Assembly (NCBI GenBank): GCA_035539555.1
Contig: DATLIG010000155.1
Span: forward strand, 2,422-66,421
Origin: Nocardioides sp.
GTDB taxonomy: Bacteria > Actinomycetota > Actinomycetes > Propionibacteriales > Nocardioidaceae
Length of the DNA stretch: 64,000 nucleotides
Direction: 5' to 3'
Shown here: in pieces, positions 9,489 to 17,772 of the stretch
Layout of the letters: every line of letters starts with the position of its first letter
Position numbering within the stretch: the first letter of the stretch is position 1
Made by a program: the position numbers and the translations under genes
Notes under the pieces: model-generated
Seen by the model: only the letters and a program-made list of their open reading frames with translations
Databases searched by the model: none
Told to the model about the DNA's origin: nothing

Positions 9489-10556
9489 TCAGGCTGCGTC
9501 ATTGGCGCAGCGGAAGCCGATGTTGCCCGAGGAGGACTCGGCCGTGTTCGACGACCGGGCGGCGACGCGGTAGCGGTTGCAGTAGCTGTCGTGGCAGAGG
9601 TACGACCCGCCGCGCATCACCCGCCGTGCCTGGTCGGGGTCGGCGTCGGCGGGCTCGGCCGCGACGGGATCCACGACCGGGTCGACGCCGGCCCGGTCGG
9701 CGTACTCGGTCGGGCGGAAGGCGTCCTGGCACCACTCCCACACGTTGCCGACCGTGTTGTGCAGCCCGTAGCCGTTGGGCGGGAAGGCAGTGGCCGGCGC
9801 GGTCGTGAGGTAGCCGTCGTCGAGGGTGTTGTGCCCCGGGAACTCGCCCTGCCAGATGTTGCAGCGCCACCGGCCGCCGTTGGTCAGCTCGTCGCCCCAC
9901 GGGTAACGGGCGCGGTCGAGGCCGCCGCGGGCGGCGTACTCCCACTCGGCCTCGGTCGGCAGTCGCTTGCCGGCCCAGCGGCAGTAGGCCTGGGCGTCGT
10001 TCCACGACACGTGGACGACGGGGTGGTGCTGCAGGTCGCCGATGCCCGAGCGAGGGCCGCCGGGGTGCCGCCAGTCCGCGCCGCGCACGGCCAGCCACCA
10101 CGGGACGCCCGCCGCGCTGCGCAGGACGTCGGCCGGGGCGGCGTCGACCGCGAGGTGGAAGACCGCCGACACCCCGTCCCGCTCTGCGTCGGTGACATGG
10201 CCGGTGGCCTTCACGAAGGTCGCGAACTGGGCGTTCGTGACGACCTTCGCGTCCACCAGGTACGACGCCAGCCGCACCCGGTGCACGGGCAGCTCGCCGT
10301 CGGCGGCGTACCCGTCCCCGTGGCTGTCGCCCATCCAGAACGTGCCGCCGGGGATCCGGACCTGGCCGCGGGTGGAGCGGGCACCGGCCGGCACGGTCGT
10401 CCGCTCCCCGGGGGCGGTGTCGCGGCGGGTCGCGGGGCTGCAGCAGGACCCGGCGTGCTCGCCGGCGTGGACCTCGGCCCGCTCCCCGGTCTGCGGCGCG
10501 GCGGCCGGGTCGAGGAGCGGCAGGAGGGGCCGTCCGGCCCGGGGGAGCGTGCTCAC
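9489..10556 (-). CDS. Formylglycine-generating enzyme (sulfatase-modifying factor) family
   Basis: HPVVHVSWNDA, RLPTEAEWEYAARGG, GNVWEW, RGGSYLCHDSYCNRYRVAAR, GFRC; start at GTG 10556 inferred from TATTTT -10 (alternative 10583). Confidence 0.9.
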   Translation of the reverse strand: MSTLPRAGRPLLPLLDPAAAPQTGERAEVHAGEHAGSCCSPATRRDTAPGERTTVPAGARSTRGQVRIPGGTFWMGDSHGDGYAADGELPVHRVRLASYLVDAKVVTNAQFATFVKATGHVTDAERDGVSAVFHLAVDAAPADVLRSAAGVPWWLAVRGADWRHPGGPRSGIGDLQHHPVVHVSWNDAQAYCRWAGKRLPTEAEWEYAARGGLDRARYPWGDELTNGGRWRCNIWQGEFPGHNTLDDGYLTTAPATAFPPNGYGLHNTVGNVWEWCQDAFRPTEYADRAGVDPVVDPVAAEPADADPDQARRVMRGGSYLCHDSYCNRYRVAARSSNTAESSSGNIGFRCANDAA

Positions 10557-10632
10557 GCGAGGAAAATACAGTAATCCACTCATATTTCGTTCTTCACGTC
10601 CGGCGGGCGTCGTCCACAGGGGCCCGCCGTTG

Positions 10633-10654
10633 TGTCGCCCGCGGCGTCTACTGT
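10633..10654 (+). promoter_or_regulatory. PafBC/RecA-NDp-like promoter upstream of uvrD2
   Basis: TGTCGC-N10-TACTGT. Confidence 0.55.
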
Positions 10655-10698
10655 CGGTCCCTCAGCCCGCTCGCCCCGTGAAGGAGCCGTCCACCACC

Positions 10699-12780
10699 AT
10701 GGCCGCCGCCGACCCCATCGAACGGCTCCTGTCCGCCCTCGACCCCGAGCAGCGGCAGGTGGCCGAGACACTGCGCGGGCCGGTGCGCGTACTGGCCGGC
10801 GCGGGGACCGGCAAGACCCGGGCGATCACCCACCGCATCGCGCACGGGGTGCACTCCGGCGTCTACGCGCCGACCGAGGTGCTCGCGGTCACCTTCACCA
10901 CGCGGGCCGCGGGCGAGCTGCGGCAGCGGCTGCGCCAGCTCGGCGCCCCGGGCGTGCAGGCGCGAACCTTCCACAGCGCGGCGCTGCGCCAGCTGCGCTA
11001 CTTCTGGCCGCACATCCACGGCACCGAGCTGCCCGAGCTGACCGAGTCCAAGCTGGGCATGCTCGCCGCCGCCTGCCGCACGCTCGGCGTGCGCAGCGAG
11101 CAGGCCCAGCTGCGCGACCTGGCCTCGGAGGTCGAATGGGCCAAGGTCAGCAACGTCCGGCCCGAGACCTATGCCGGCATCGCCGAGGCGCGCGGCCGGG
11201 GGGTCGACGGCCTCACCCCGGTCGACGTCGCCCGTGCGTTCGCGGCGTACGAGGACGTCAAGCGTGAGCAGGGCCGGATGGACATGGAGGACGTGCTGCT
11301 CCTGACCGCTGGTCTGCTGGACTCCGACGAGCGGGTCGCCGCGCAGGTGCGGCGGCAGTACAAGTGGTTCGTCGTCGACGAGTTCCAGGACGTCTCGCCG
11401 CTGCAGTCGGCGCTGCTCGACCTGTGGCTGGGCGGCCGCGACGAGCTGTGCGTCGTGGGCGACCCGGCGCAGACCATCTACTCGTTCGCGGGCGCCGACG
11501 CGACGTACCTGCGCGACTTCCCGAAGCGCTACGACGGGACCGCGTCGATCGAGCTGGTCCGCAACTACCGCTCCACGCCGCAGGTGGTCGACCAGGCCAA
11601 CAGGCTGCTCGCCGGCACGCCGAGCGCCGGCGTCGAGCTGCGCTCGCAGCAGTCGGCCGGCTCGACGGTGCGCTACGTGGGGGAGCCCGACGAGGTGGCC
11701 GAGGCGCGCAGCGTGGCCGACCGGGTGGCCCGGCTGCACCGCGCGGGCACGCCCTACGGCGAGATGGCCGTGCTCTTCCGGATCAATGCGCAGTCGGAGA
11801 CCTTCGAGGACGCGCTGACCGACCGCGGGATCCCCTATGTCGTGCGCGGCGCGGCCCGCTTCTTCGAGCGGCGCGAGGTGCGCGAGGCCGTCACCCGCCT
11901 CCGCGGGGCGGCGCGCTCCGGCGAGGCCGACGGCCTGCCCTGGGTGAAGGTGGTGCGCGACGTGCTGGGCGGCATGGGCTGGACGGGCGAGCCGCCGACC
12001 GCGCGCGGTCAGGCCCGCGACCGGTGGGAGTCCCTGCAGGCGCTGGTCGACCAGGCCGAGGACTTCGCCACCGAGCGGGGTGTCGAGGCGTCCGTGGCGA
12101 CCTTCGTCGACGACCTCGACCGCCGCGCTGCCGAGCAGCACGCGCCGACGGCCGACGGGGTCACCCTCGCCACCTTCCACGCGGCGAAGGGCCTCGAGTG
12201 GGACGCGGTGTTCTGCTGCGGCGTCCAGGACGGCACCGTGCCGATCACCTATGCCAGCCAGGAGGGCGCCCCCGCGGGCGCCGTCGAGGAGGAGCGGCGG
12301 CTGCTCTACGTCGGCATGACTCGGGCCCGCAAGGAGCTGATGGTGTCGTGGGCCGCTGCGCGCAACCCCGGCCAGGCGCCGCGCCGCCAGCCCTCGCGCT
12401 TCCTGGTGCCCCTGCTGCCGGCCTCCCAGCAGCCGCAGGCCTCCCGTGGGCGCACCAAGGTCGCCCGCTGCCGTGACTGCCTCCAGCCGCTGGGGTCGGC
12501 CGCCGAGAAGAAGCGCGGCCGCTGCGCCCACCACCCCACCCGCTACGACGAGGAGCTCTTCGAGCGCCTCAAGGCATGGCGGCTCGAGACCGCGCGAGAG
12601 GCCGGCGAGGACGGCAAGCCGCTGCCGGCGTACGTCGTGTTCACCGACGCCACGCTGGAGCTCATCGCCGAGCAGAAGCCGACGACGATCACGGCGCTCG
12701 GGAAGGTCAGCGGAGTGGGTCCGAACAAGATCGAGAAGTACGGACCGGACGTTCTCCGGCTGGTTTCAGAAAAACCTTGA
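10699..12780 (+). CDS. uvrD2: ATP-dependent DNA helicase UvrD2 with C-terminal HRDC domain
   Basis: LAGAGTGKT, DEFQD, FHAAKGLEW, EEERRLLYVGMTRA, HRDC PAYVVFTDATL..GVGPNKIEKYG. Confidence 0.93.
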   Translation: MAAADPIERLLSALDPEQRQVAETLRGPVRVLAGAGTGKTRAITHRIAHGVHSGVYAPTEVLAVTFTTRAAGELRQRLRQLGAPGVQARTFHSAALRQLRYFWPHIHGTELPELTESKLGMLAAACRTLGVRSEQAQLRDLASEVEWAKVSNVRPETYAGIAEARGRGVDGLTPVDVARAFAAYEDVKREQGRMDMEDVLLLTAGLLDSDERVAAQVRRQYKWFVVDEFQDVSPLQSALLDLWLGGRDELCVVGDPAQTIYSFAGADATYLRDFPKRYDGTASIELVRNYRSTPQVVDQANRLLAGTPSAGVELRSQQSAGSTVRYVGEPDEVAEARSVADRVARLHRAGTPYGEMAVLFRINAQSETFEDALTDRGIPYVVRGAARFFERREVREAVTRLRGAARSGEADGLPWVKVVRDVLGGMGWTGEPPTARGQARDRWESLQALVDQAEDFATERGVEASVATFVDDLDRRAAEQHAPTADGVTLATFHAAKGLEWDAVFCCGVQDGTVPITYASQEGAPAGAVEEERRLLYVGMTRARKELMVSWAAARNPGQAPRRQPSRFLVPLLPASQQPQASRGRTKVARCRDCLQPLGSAAEKKRGRCAHHPTRYDEELFERLKAWRLETAREAGEDGKPLPAYVVFTDATLELIAEQKPTTITALGKVSGVGPNKIEKYGPDVLRLVSEKP

Positions 12781-12790
12781 AAAAACCTCG

Positions 12791-12829
12791 ATAAATGATT
12801 TGCACGCCCTGATACGCGACCGTTACGGT
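12791..12829 (+). promoter_or_regulatory. WhiB7-dependent (autoregulated) promoter
   Basis: AT-rich ATAAAT just upstream of TTGCAC (12800-12805) - 18 nt - TACGGT (12824-12829). Confidence 0.7.
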
Positions 12830-12904
12830 CGTCAGGCAACAACCGCTGCGCATCACAGCCCCGGCAAGGCTGGCGCCCATCACGCACCTGAGGAGGTGGC
12901 ACTC

Positions 12905-13189
12905 ATGGAGAACATCACGATGATCCCGACCGACGTCAACGTCTGGCAGATCTCGCTGACCGCGCTCGACTGCGCCACCTCTGCTCTCGCGACCCTCGAG
13001 GTCCAGGGCATTGCCGTGCGTCAGGCCGCTCCGGCGTCTGCCGCCTTTGCACCGTTCGCCGCCGGCGACGCTGCTCTGGCCATCGACCCGACGGCCGTCA
13101 AGCGGGAGCGCGCCCTCACCGGCACGGGACACCGCGGCAACACGTCCGCCTACGTCCTGGGTTCACCAGCCTGGAGCCATCCGAACTGA
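12905..13189 (+). CDS. whiB7/wblC leader peptide (uORF), 94 aa
   Basis: Strong RBS GAGGAGGT, ATG 12905, stop immediately before attenuator hairpin and whiB7. Confidence 0.75.
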   Translation: MENITMIPTDVNVWQISLTALDCATSALATLEVQGIAVRQAAPASAAFAPFAAGDAALAIDPTAVKRERALTGTGHRGNTSAYVLGSPAWSHPN

Positions 13190-13212
13190 TCAGCATCAGC
13201 TCGGCAGCCTCC

Positions 13213-13256
13213 AGGCCGCGGAACCCGACAGACCGGGATCCGCGGCCTTTGTGTTT
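13213..13256 (+). terminator. Attenuator terminator of whiB7 leader
   Basis: AGGCCGCGGA / TCCGCGGCCT stem followed by TTGTGTTT; competing antiterminator 13159-13226. Confidence 0.85.
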
Positions 13257-13342
13257 CTCAGGACCTGAGGAGCACGAGGCCACCGGATCCCCTCAAGGAA
13301 ACCGACCAACGCGATCAGGTCAACAAGAGGAGGTGAAAGCTG

Positions 13343-13618
13343 ATGACGACCAGTGTTCTCGAGCCGACGCTGGACGAGCTGCTGCCCTGCCGTCTGAACG
13401 ACGCGGAGCTGTGGTTCGCCGAGTCTCCGTCGGACGTCGAGTCCGCGAAGGCCCTGTGCCAGGCATGCCCCGTGCAGGCGATGTGCCTGTCCGGCGCCCT
13501 CGACCGGCGCGAGCCGTGGGGCGTGTGGGGCGGCGAGCTGTTCCTGGCCGGCGTGGTGATCCCGCGCAAGCGGCCCCGGGGCCGGCCGCGCAAGGACGCC
13601 ACCGTCACTGCCGCGTGA
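13343..13618 (+). CDS. whiB7: WhiB7/WblC transcriptional regulator
   Basis: 4 Cys, EPWGVWGGE, C-terminal AT-hook RKRPRGRPRK; RBS GAGGAGG; downstream of uvrD2. Confidence 0.95.
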   Translation: MTTSVLEPTLDELLPCRLNDAELWFAESPSDVESAKALCQACPVQAMCLSGALDRREPWGVWGGELFLAGVVIPRKRPRGRPRKDATVTAA

Positions 13619-13690
13619 TGGCCCGCACGCCGACGCTGCGGATCCGCTCCACCGAGTGATCAACCAGACCAACGACCAAAGGACTTCACC

Positions 13691-13858
13691 ATGTACAACA
13701 TGCTCAACGAAGACATGGCGCGCGCGCAGATGGCCGCGCGCCTGGGAGAGGCGCAGCAGCTGCGCGAGGCCACCCAGATGGCCCGCGCCCGCCGCTTGAG
13801 CCGCAAGGCCGAGCGTGCTGCGCAGCAGGCTCGTCTCGCCCTCGCTCGCGCCCTCTGA
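13691..13858 (+). CDS. Small Ala/Arg-rich helical protein, 55 aa
   Basis: RBS AAAGGA; MYNMLNEDMARAQMAARLGEAQQLREATQMARARRLSRKAERAAQQARLALARAL; not in ORF track. Confidence 0.7.
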   Translation: MYNMLNEDMARAQMAARLGEAQQLREATQMARARRLSRKAERAAQQARLALARAL

Positions 13859-13952
13859 TCACGGCCGGGTCCCCGCCACGGACCCTGCCTGACAGCGAGA
13901 CAGAACGTCCTCGGAGGACCTCCTCGGAGGCACACCTGATCGCGGGTGACAA

Positions 13953-13992
13953 GAAGGGGCCGGAACCGACCACCGTCGGTTCCGGCCCCTTC
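13953..13992 (+). terminator. Terminator hairpin after whiB7 operon
   Basis: Perfect 18-bp inverted repeat GAAGGGGCCGGAACCGAC-cacc-GTCGGTTCCGGCCCCTTC. Confidence 0.8.
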
Positions 13993-14048
13993 GCAACTTT
14001 TCGGTCACGGGACATCTCGCACGGCCCCCCGGCTCCTACGCTGGACGA

Positions 14049-14213
14049 ATGACCGTGACCTGTGACTTCTGCGGTCGCCGCGTGGACGGCGACACGCCGC
14101 CGCTCACCTGGACGACCGCGGTCGAGCGCGGTCGGGTCCGGCGCTTCTGCGACGAGTGCTCACGCGACCACCTGCGCTCGATGGAGGCGAAGCTCGACAG
14201 CGAGTGGTGGTGA
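14049..14213 (+). CDS. Small CxxC..CxxC protein (Rv3196A-like), 54 aa
   Basis: MTVTCDFCG...LTWTTAVERG...FCDECSRDHLRSMEAKLDSEWW; leaderless TACGCT-N6-ATG; not in ORF track. Confidence 0.8.
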   Translation: MTVTCDFCGRRVDGDTPPLTWTTAVERGRVRRFCDECSRDHLRSMEAKLDSEWW

Positions 14214-14244
14214 GCCGCCGGCGGCCTCGCCGAGAGGCTCGACC

Positions 14245-15087
14245 TCACGCGAACAGCGTCGGCAGGTCCCACGCGCAGCCGCAGTCGGGATGCCGACCCC
14301 AGTGCAGCGCCGTGGGCGCCGCGGTCGGCCCGATGTCGAAGGTCGTCGACCAGGTGCTGGGGGAGTCGCCCTCGACGTAGCGGGCCAGGTCGCGCACCGC
14401 CCACGCCAGCGCGAGCGCGTCGAGCACCGGGTCCAGCGGCGGTGGCCGCTCGGCGGCCGCCCGCGCCGCCTGGGCGAGCAGGAACGGCCGCCGGGCGTCG
14501 TGCAGGGACTCGTGCGCGTCGACGCAACGCAGGCACGCGGTGTGGCCGGGATGGACGAACGGGCCGACCCGGCGCAGTCCCGCGCTTCCGCTGACCACGA
14601 GGTGCGGGATCGAGCTGCGCACCAGCGGGTCGAGGAGCTCCCGGTCGACCGGTCCCGTGCTCACCACGAGGTGTGCCGCGGCGCCGTCCTCGCCGCCGGT
14701 GCGCCGTTGCAGGCCGGCCCGTTCGAGGAGCGGGGCCAGCACCGGCTCGGCCGCCGGAGCGGCCCGCACGACGACGGCGGCACTCGACCGGGCGGCGCGG
14801 CGTCGTACACCGTCGGGGCCGAACTGGGCGCGCAGCACCTGGTCGGCGGGCTCCGGCACCATCTCGGAGTCCGGTACGACGACCAACAGCCCCGCCGCGC
14901 GGAGCCGGTCGAGCGGGGCGCCGGTGCCGTCCGGGACGCCCGGGAACCGGCCCAGGGCCGCCAGCAGGTCGCGGGTGTCCGGGTGGTCGGGCAGCTGGAC
15001 GGTCGGCCCGTCGAGCCCGACCTGCAGCAGGCCCGTGGCACGCGCCATCACGGGTGTGCCGGGTCGCAGGAGCAGGTGCTGGGGCAT
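14245..15087 (-). CDS. ThiF/E1-like (TOMM leader-peptide-binding-like) protein, Rv3196-like
   Basis: LQVGLD, IPHLVV..VGPFVHPGHTACLRCVD, C-terminal HPDCGC. Confidence 0.8.
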   Translation of the reverse strand: MPQHLLLRPGTPVMARATGLLQVGLDGPTVQLPDHPDTRDLLAALGRFPGVPDGTGAPLDRLRAAGLLVVVPDSEMVPEPADQVLRAQFGPDGVRRRAARSSAAVVVRAAPAAEPVLAPLLERAGLQRRTGGEDGAAAHLVVSTGPVDRELLDPLVRSSIPHLVVSGSAGLRRVGPFVHPGHTACLRCVDAHESLHDARRPFLLAQAARAAAERPPPLDPVLDALALAWAVRDLARYVEGDSPSTWSTTFDIGPTAAPTALHWGRHPDCGCAWDLPTLFA

Positions 15088-15221
15088 GCCTGCAGCGTGA
15101 CACCGGCGGGCACGGCCTGCCCGCCGTCATCCACAGGCCCGCAGGTGCTCCGGAAAACGTGCCGCGGGCGGCACCACCTGTGGTGGTGCCGCCCGCGACG
15201 GTCGGTCTTGTGGCCGGGTGA

Positions 15222-15380
15222 TCAGGCCTTGCCGAGGATGCGGTTGAGGTTCGTGCCGCACTCGGGGCAGACGGCCTTGGCCATCCGGGTCCCCTTCTCG
15301 TTGACCTTGACCTCGCCCTCAGCCTCACGCTTGGCCTTGCACTTCACGCAGTAGAACTCGCCGCTCCAGGTCTCCGCCAT
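15222..15380 (-). CDS. DUF5679-like small zinc-ribbon protein
   Basis: FYCVKCKAKRE...MAKAVCPECGTNLNRILGK; RBS AAGGAGG. Confidence 0.85.
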   Translation of the reverse strand: MAETWSGEFYCVKCKAKREAEGEVKVNEKGTRMAKAVCPECGTNLNRILGKA

Positions 15381-15520
15381 GACGGCCTCCTTGCCATGTT
15401 TCATTCTGTTGGTCGTCGCGACGGGGGTCTTTGGGGGAAGCCCGCCGGGGCTCGGAGTCACACTCCAAGCCTCCCTGACCCTACGGCACGGCACCACGAA
15501 GGCGCAGTAGCGTGCCCCGC

Positions 15521-16342
15521 ATGTCTGAAACCGCCCGAATTTCACCTTCCGCGCCGTCGTTGGTCCACCTGCGCCTCGAACGGCCCTCGGAGGGGGTCGC
15601 GCTCCTCGTCCTGGACCAGCCGGACCTGCGCAACGCGATGAGCGACGAGATGACGGCATCGTGGGTCGCGGCGGTCGACCACCTCGCCGCCGACCCCACG
15701 GTGCGGGCCGTCGTGGTCACCGGTGAGGGCAAGGCGTTCTGCTCGGGCGGCAACCTGTCGTGGCTGGCCTCGGAGCCGGACGCGACCGTCGACGACCTGC
15801 GCCACCGGATGCTGCCGTTCTACCGGGCGTGGCTGTCGATCCGGCGCCTCGAGGTGCCCACGATCGCCGCCATCAACGGTGCCGCGATCGGCGCCGGGCT
15901 GTGCATGGCGCTGGCCTGCGACATCCGGTACGCCGCTCGAGGTGCCCGGATGGGCGTGCCCTTCACGAAGCTGGGGATCCACCCGGGCATGGCCGGCACC
16001 TACCTGCTGCCCGACGTGGTGGGCCCCGCCGCTGCCCGCGACCTGTTCCTGACCGGCCGGCTGGTCGACGCCGACGAGGCGCTCGGCCTGGGCCTGGTGT
16101 CGCGGGTGATGGAGCCCGAGGACTTCCGGGCGGAGGCGCTGGCGGTCGCCGCCGACATCGCGGGTGCGGCGCCGATCGCGACCCGGCTGACCAAGCGGGC
16201 GCTGCAGCGCGGCCACGCGAGCATCGAGACGGTGCTGGAGTGGGAGGGCCTGGCCCAGCCGGTCACCCTCGCGACCGAGGACCTGCTCGAGGGGATCCGG
16301 GCGGCGCAGGAGAAGCGGGCGGCGGAGTTCCGCGGCCGGTGA
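15521..16342 (+). CDS. Enoyl-CoA hydratase/isomerase family protein
   Basis: AFCSGGNL, PTIAAINGAAIGAG, ALACDIR. Confidence 0.9.
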   Translation: MSETARISPSAPSLVHLRLERPSEGVALLVLDQPDLRNAMSDEMTASWVAAVDHLAADPTVRAVVVTGEGKAFCSGGNLSWLASEPDATVDDLRHRMLPFYRAWLSIRRLEVPTIAAINGAAIGAGLCMALACDIRYAARGARMGVPFTKLGIHPGMAGTYLLPDVVGPAAARDLFLTGRLVDADEALGLGLVSRVMEPEDFRAEALAVAADIAGAAPIATRLTKRALQRGHASIETVLEWEGLAQPVTLATEDLLEGIRAAQEKRAAEFRGR

Positions 16343-16347
16343 CGACA

Positions 16348-16420
16348 ACGAGGCCCCCGGTTCGCAGGACCCTCGCTTGCCTTCCCCTTGCGAGCGAGGA
16401 CTGCGGCCCGGGGGCCTCGT
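16348..16420. repeat. Long imperfect inverted repeat (terminator or structured element)
   Basis: Perfect 13-bp outer stem ACGAGGCCCCCGG/CCGGGGGCCTCGT with inner CGCAG/CTGCG and CCTCGCTTGC/GCGAGCGAGG. Confidence 0.7.
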
Positions 16421-16475
16421 CGTGGGAGACGCTAGGGAGCCATCGCGGCGGGGTCAATCCGGCGCCACCCCACCC

Positions 16476-16649
16476 TGTGGACAAGGCTGTGGACACAGCT
16501 GTGGATGAGCGGTGGAGTCGGTGGACAGCGGCCGGGGAACGGTGAGTTCGGTGTGGAGGGGCCCCTGGCAATGCGGGCTTTCCGGACGTCGTACTGTCGG
16601 ATGACCTGCGGGAACACTGCCCACAGGTTCTTCCACCGACTGTGGACAA
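16476..16649. promoter_or_regulatory. Cluster of DnaA-type boxes (TTGTCCACA)
   Basis: Perfect TGTGGACAA at 16476 and 16641; near matches at 16488, 16500, 16520, 16617, 16629; two triplets with 12-bp period. Confidence 0.65.
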
Positions 16650-16688
16650 CAAATACTTCAGTCCCGAAGGGAGCGTGACCGGGGTCAC

Positions 16689-17732
16689 ATGCGCGATGAG
16701 GACTACGACGGCACCCCGGTCGCGGCGCTGCGCCGGATCGCGTTCCTGCTGGAGCGCGGGCGGGCGGACAGCTACAAGGTCAAGGCCTACCGCGGCGCGG
16801 CCAACGCGATCCTGCCGCTGCCACCCGACGAGGTCGCCGAGCGGGCCCGTGCCGGCACCCTGACCGAGCTACCGGGCGTCGGGGCCAGCACGGCACGCGT
16901 GATCGTCCAGGCCGTCGCCGGGAAGGTGCCGGACAAGCTCGCCGAGGCGGAGGCCGAGTACGGCGCCCCGCTGACCGCCGACGGCGCCGGGACCGCGCTG
17001 CGCGCCCTCCTGCGCGGCGACCTCCACTCGCACTCGGACTGGTCCGACGGCGGCTCGCCCATCGAGGAGATGGCGATGACGGCCATGGAGCTCGGTCACG
17101 AGTACCTCCTGCTGACCGACCACTCCCCGCGGCTGAAGGTCGCCCGCGGGCTCTCCGTCGAGCGGCTGGCCCGCCAGCTCGACGTCGTCGACGCGGTGAA
17201 CGCGCACCTCGCAGACGGGTTCCGGCTGCTCAAGGGGATCGAGGTCGACATCCTCGACGACGGCGGCCTGGACCAGACCGACGACATGCTCGGACGGCTC
17301 GACGTCCGCGTCGCCAGCGTGCACTCCAAGCTCGCCATGGACCCCGAGCAGATGACGAAGCGGATGGTCGCCGCGGTGCGCAACCCGTTCGCCAACGTGC
17401 TCGGGCACTGCACGGGCCGGCTGGTGACCGGCAACCGCGGCACCCGCGCGCAGTCGCGCTTCGATGCGCGGACCGTCTTCGAGGCGTGCGCCCAGGAGGG
17501 TGTCGCCGTCGAGATCAACTCCCGCCCCGAGCGCCGGGACCCACCGACGAAGCTGCTCGAGCTCGCTCGCGACATCGGCTGCCTGTTCTCGATCGACAGC
17601 GACGCGCACGCGCCCGGCCAGCTCGACTACCCGCTGCTGGGCTGCGAGCGGGCCGAGGCGGCCGGGATCGACGCCGAGCGGATCGTCAACACCTGGCCCG
17701 TCGAGCGGCTGCTGGAATGGGCGGCTCCCTGA
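16689..17732 (+). CDS. PHP-domain protein with N-terminal PolX-like HhH domain
   Basis: YKVKAYRGAA..LPGVG, GDLHSHSDWSDG, TDHS, GIEVDI, ASVHS, EINS, DSDAH. Confidence 0.9.
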   Translation: MRDEDYDGTPVAALRRIAFLLERGRADSYKVKAYRGAANAILPLPPDEVAERARAGTLTELPGVGASTARVIVQAVAGKVPDKLAEAEAEYGAPLTADGAGTALRALLRGDLHSHSDWSDGGSPIEEMAMTAMELGHEYLLLTDHSPRLKVARGLSVERLARQLDVVDAVNAHLADGFRLLKGIEVDILDDGGLDQTDDMLGRLDVRVASVHSKLAMDPEQMTKRMVAAVRNPFANVLGHCTGRLVTGNRGTRAQSRFDARTVFEACAQEGVAVEINSRPERRDPPTKLLELARDIGCLFSIDSDAHAPGQLDYPLLGCERAEAAGIDAERIVNTWPVERLLEWAAP

Positions 17733-17772
17733 GGTCCCGGTTTTCGGGGCTGCCAGACCGTAGGGTCGGGCC

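Noticed and set aside
14245-15087. TOMM/RiPP biosynthetic cluster
   Set aside because: No YcaO, dehydrogenase or precursor; the gene belongs to the conserved core locus
16476-16649. Possible oriC
   Set aside because: No dnaA/dnaN/rpmH adjacent and no clear AT-rich unwinding element
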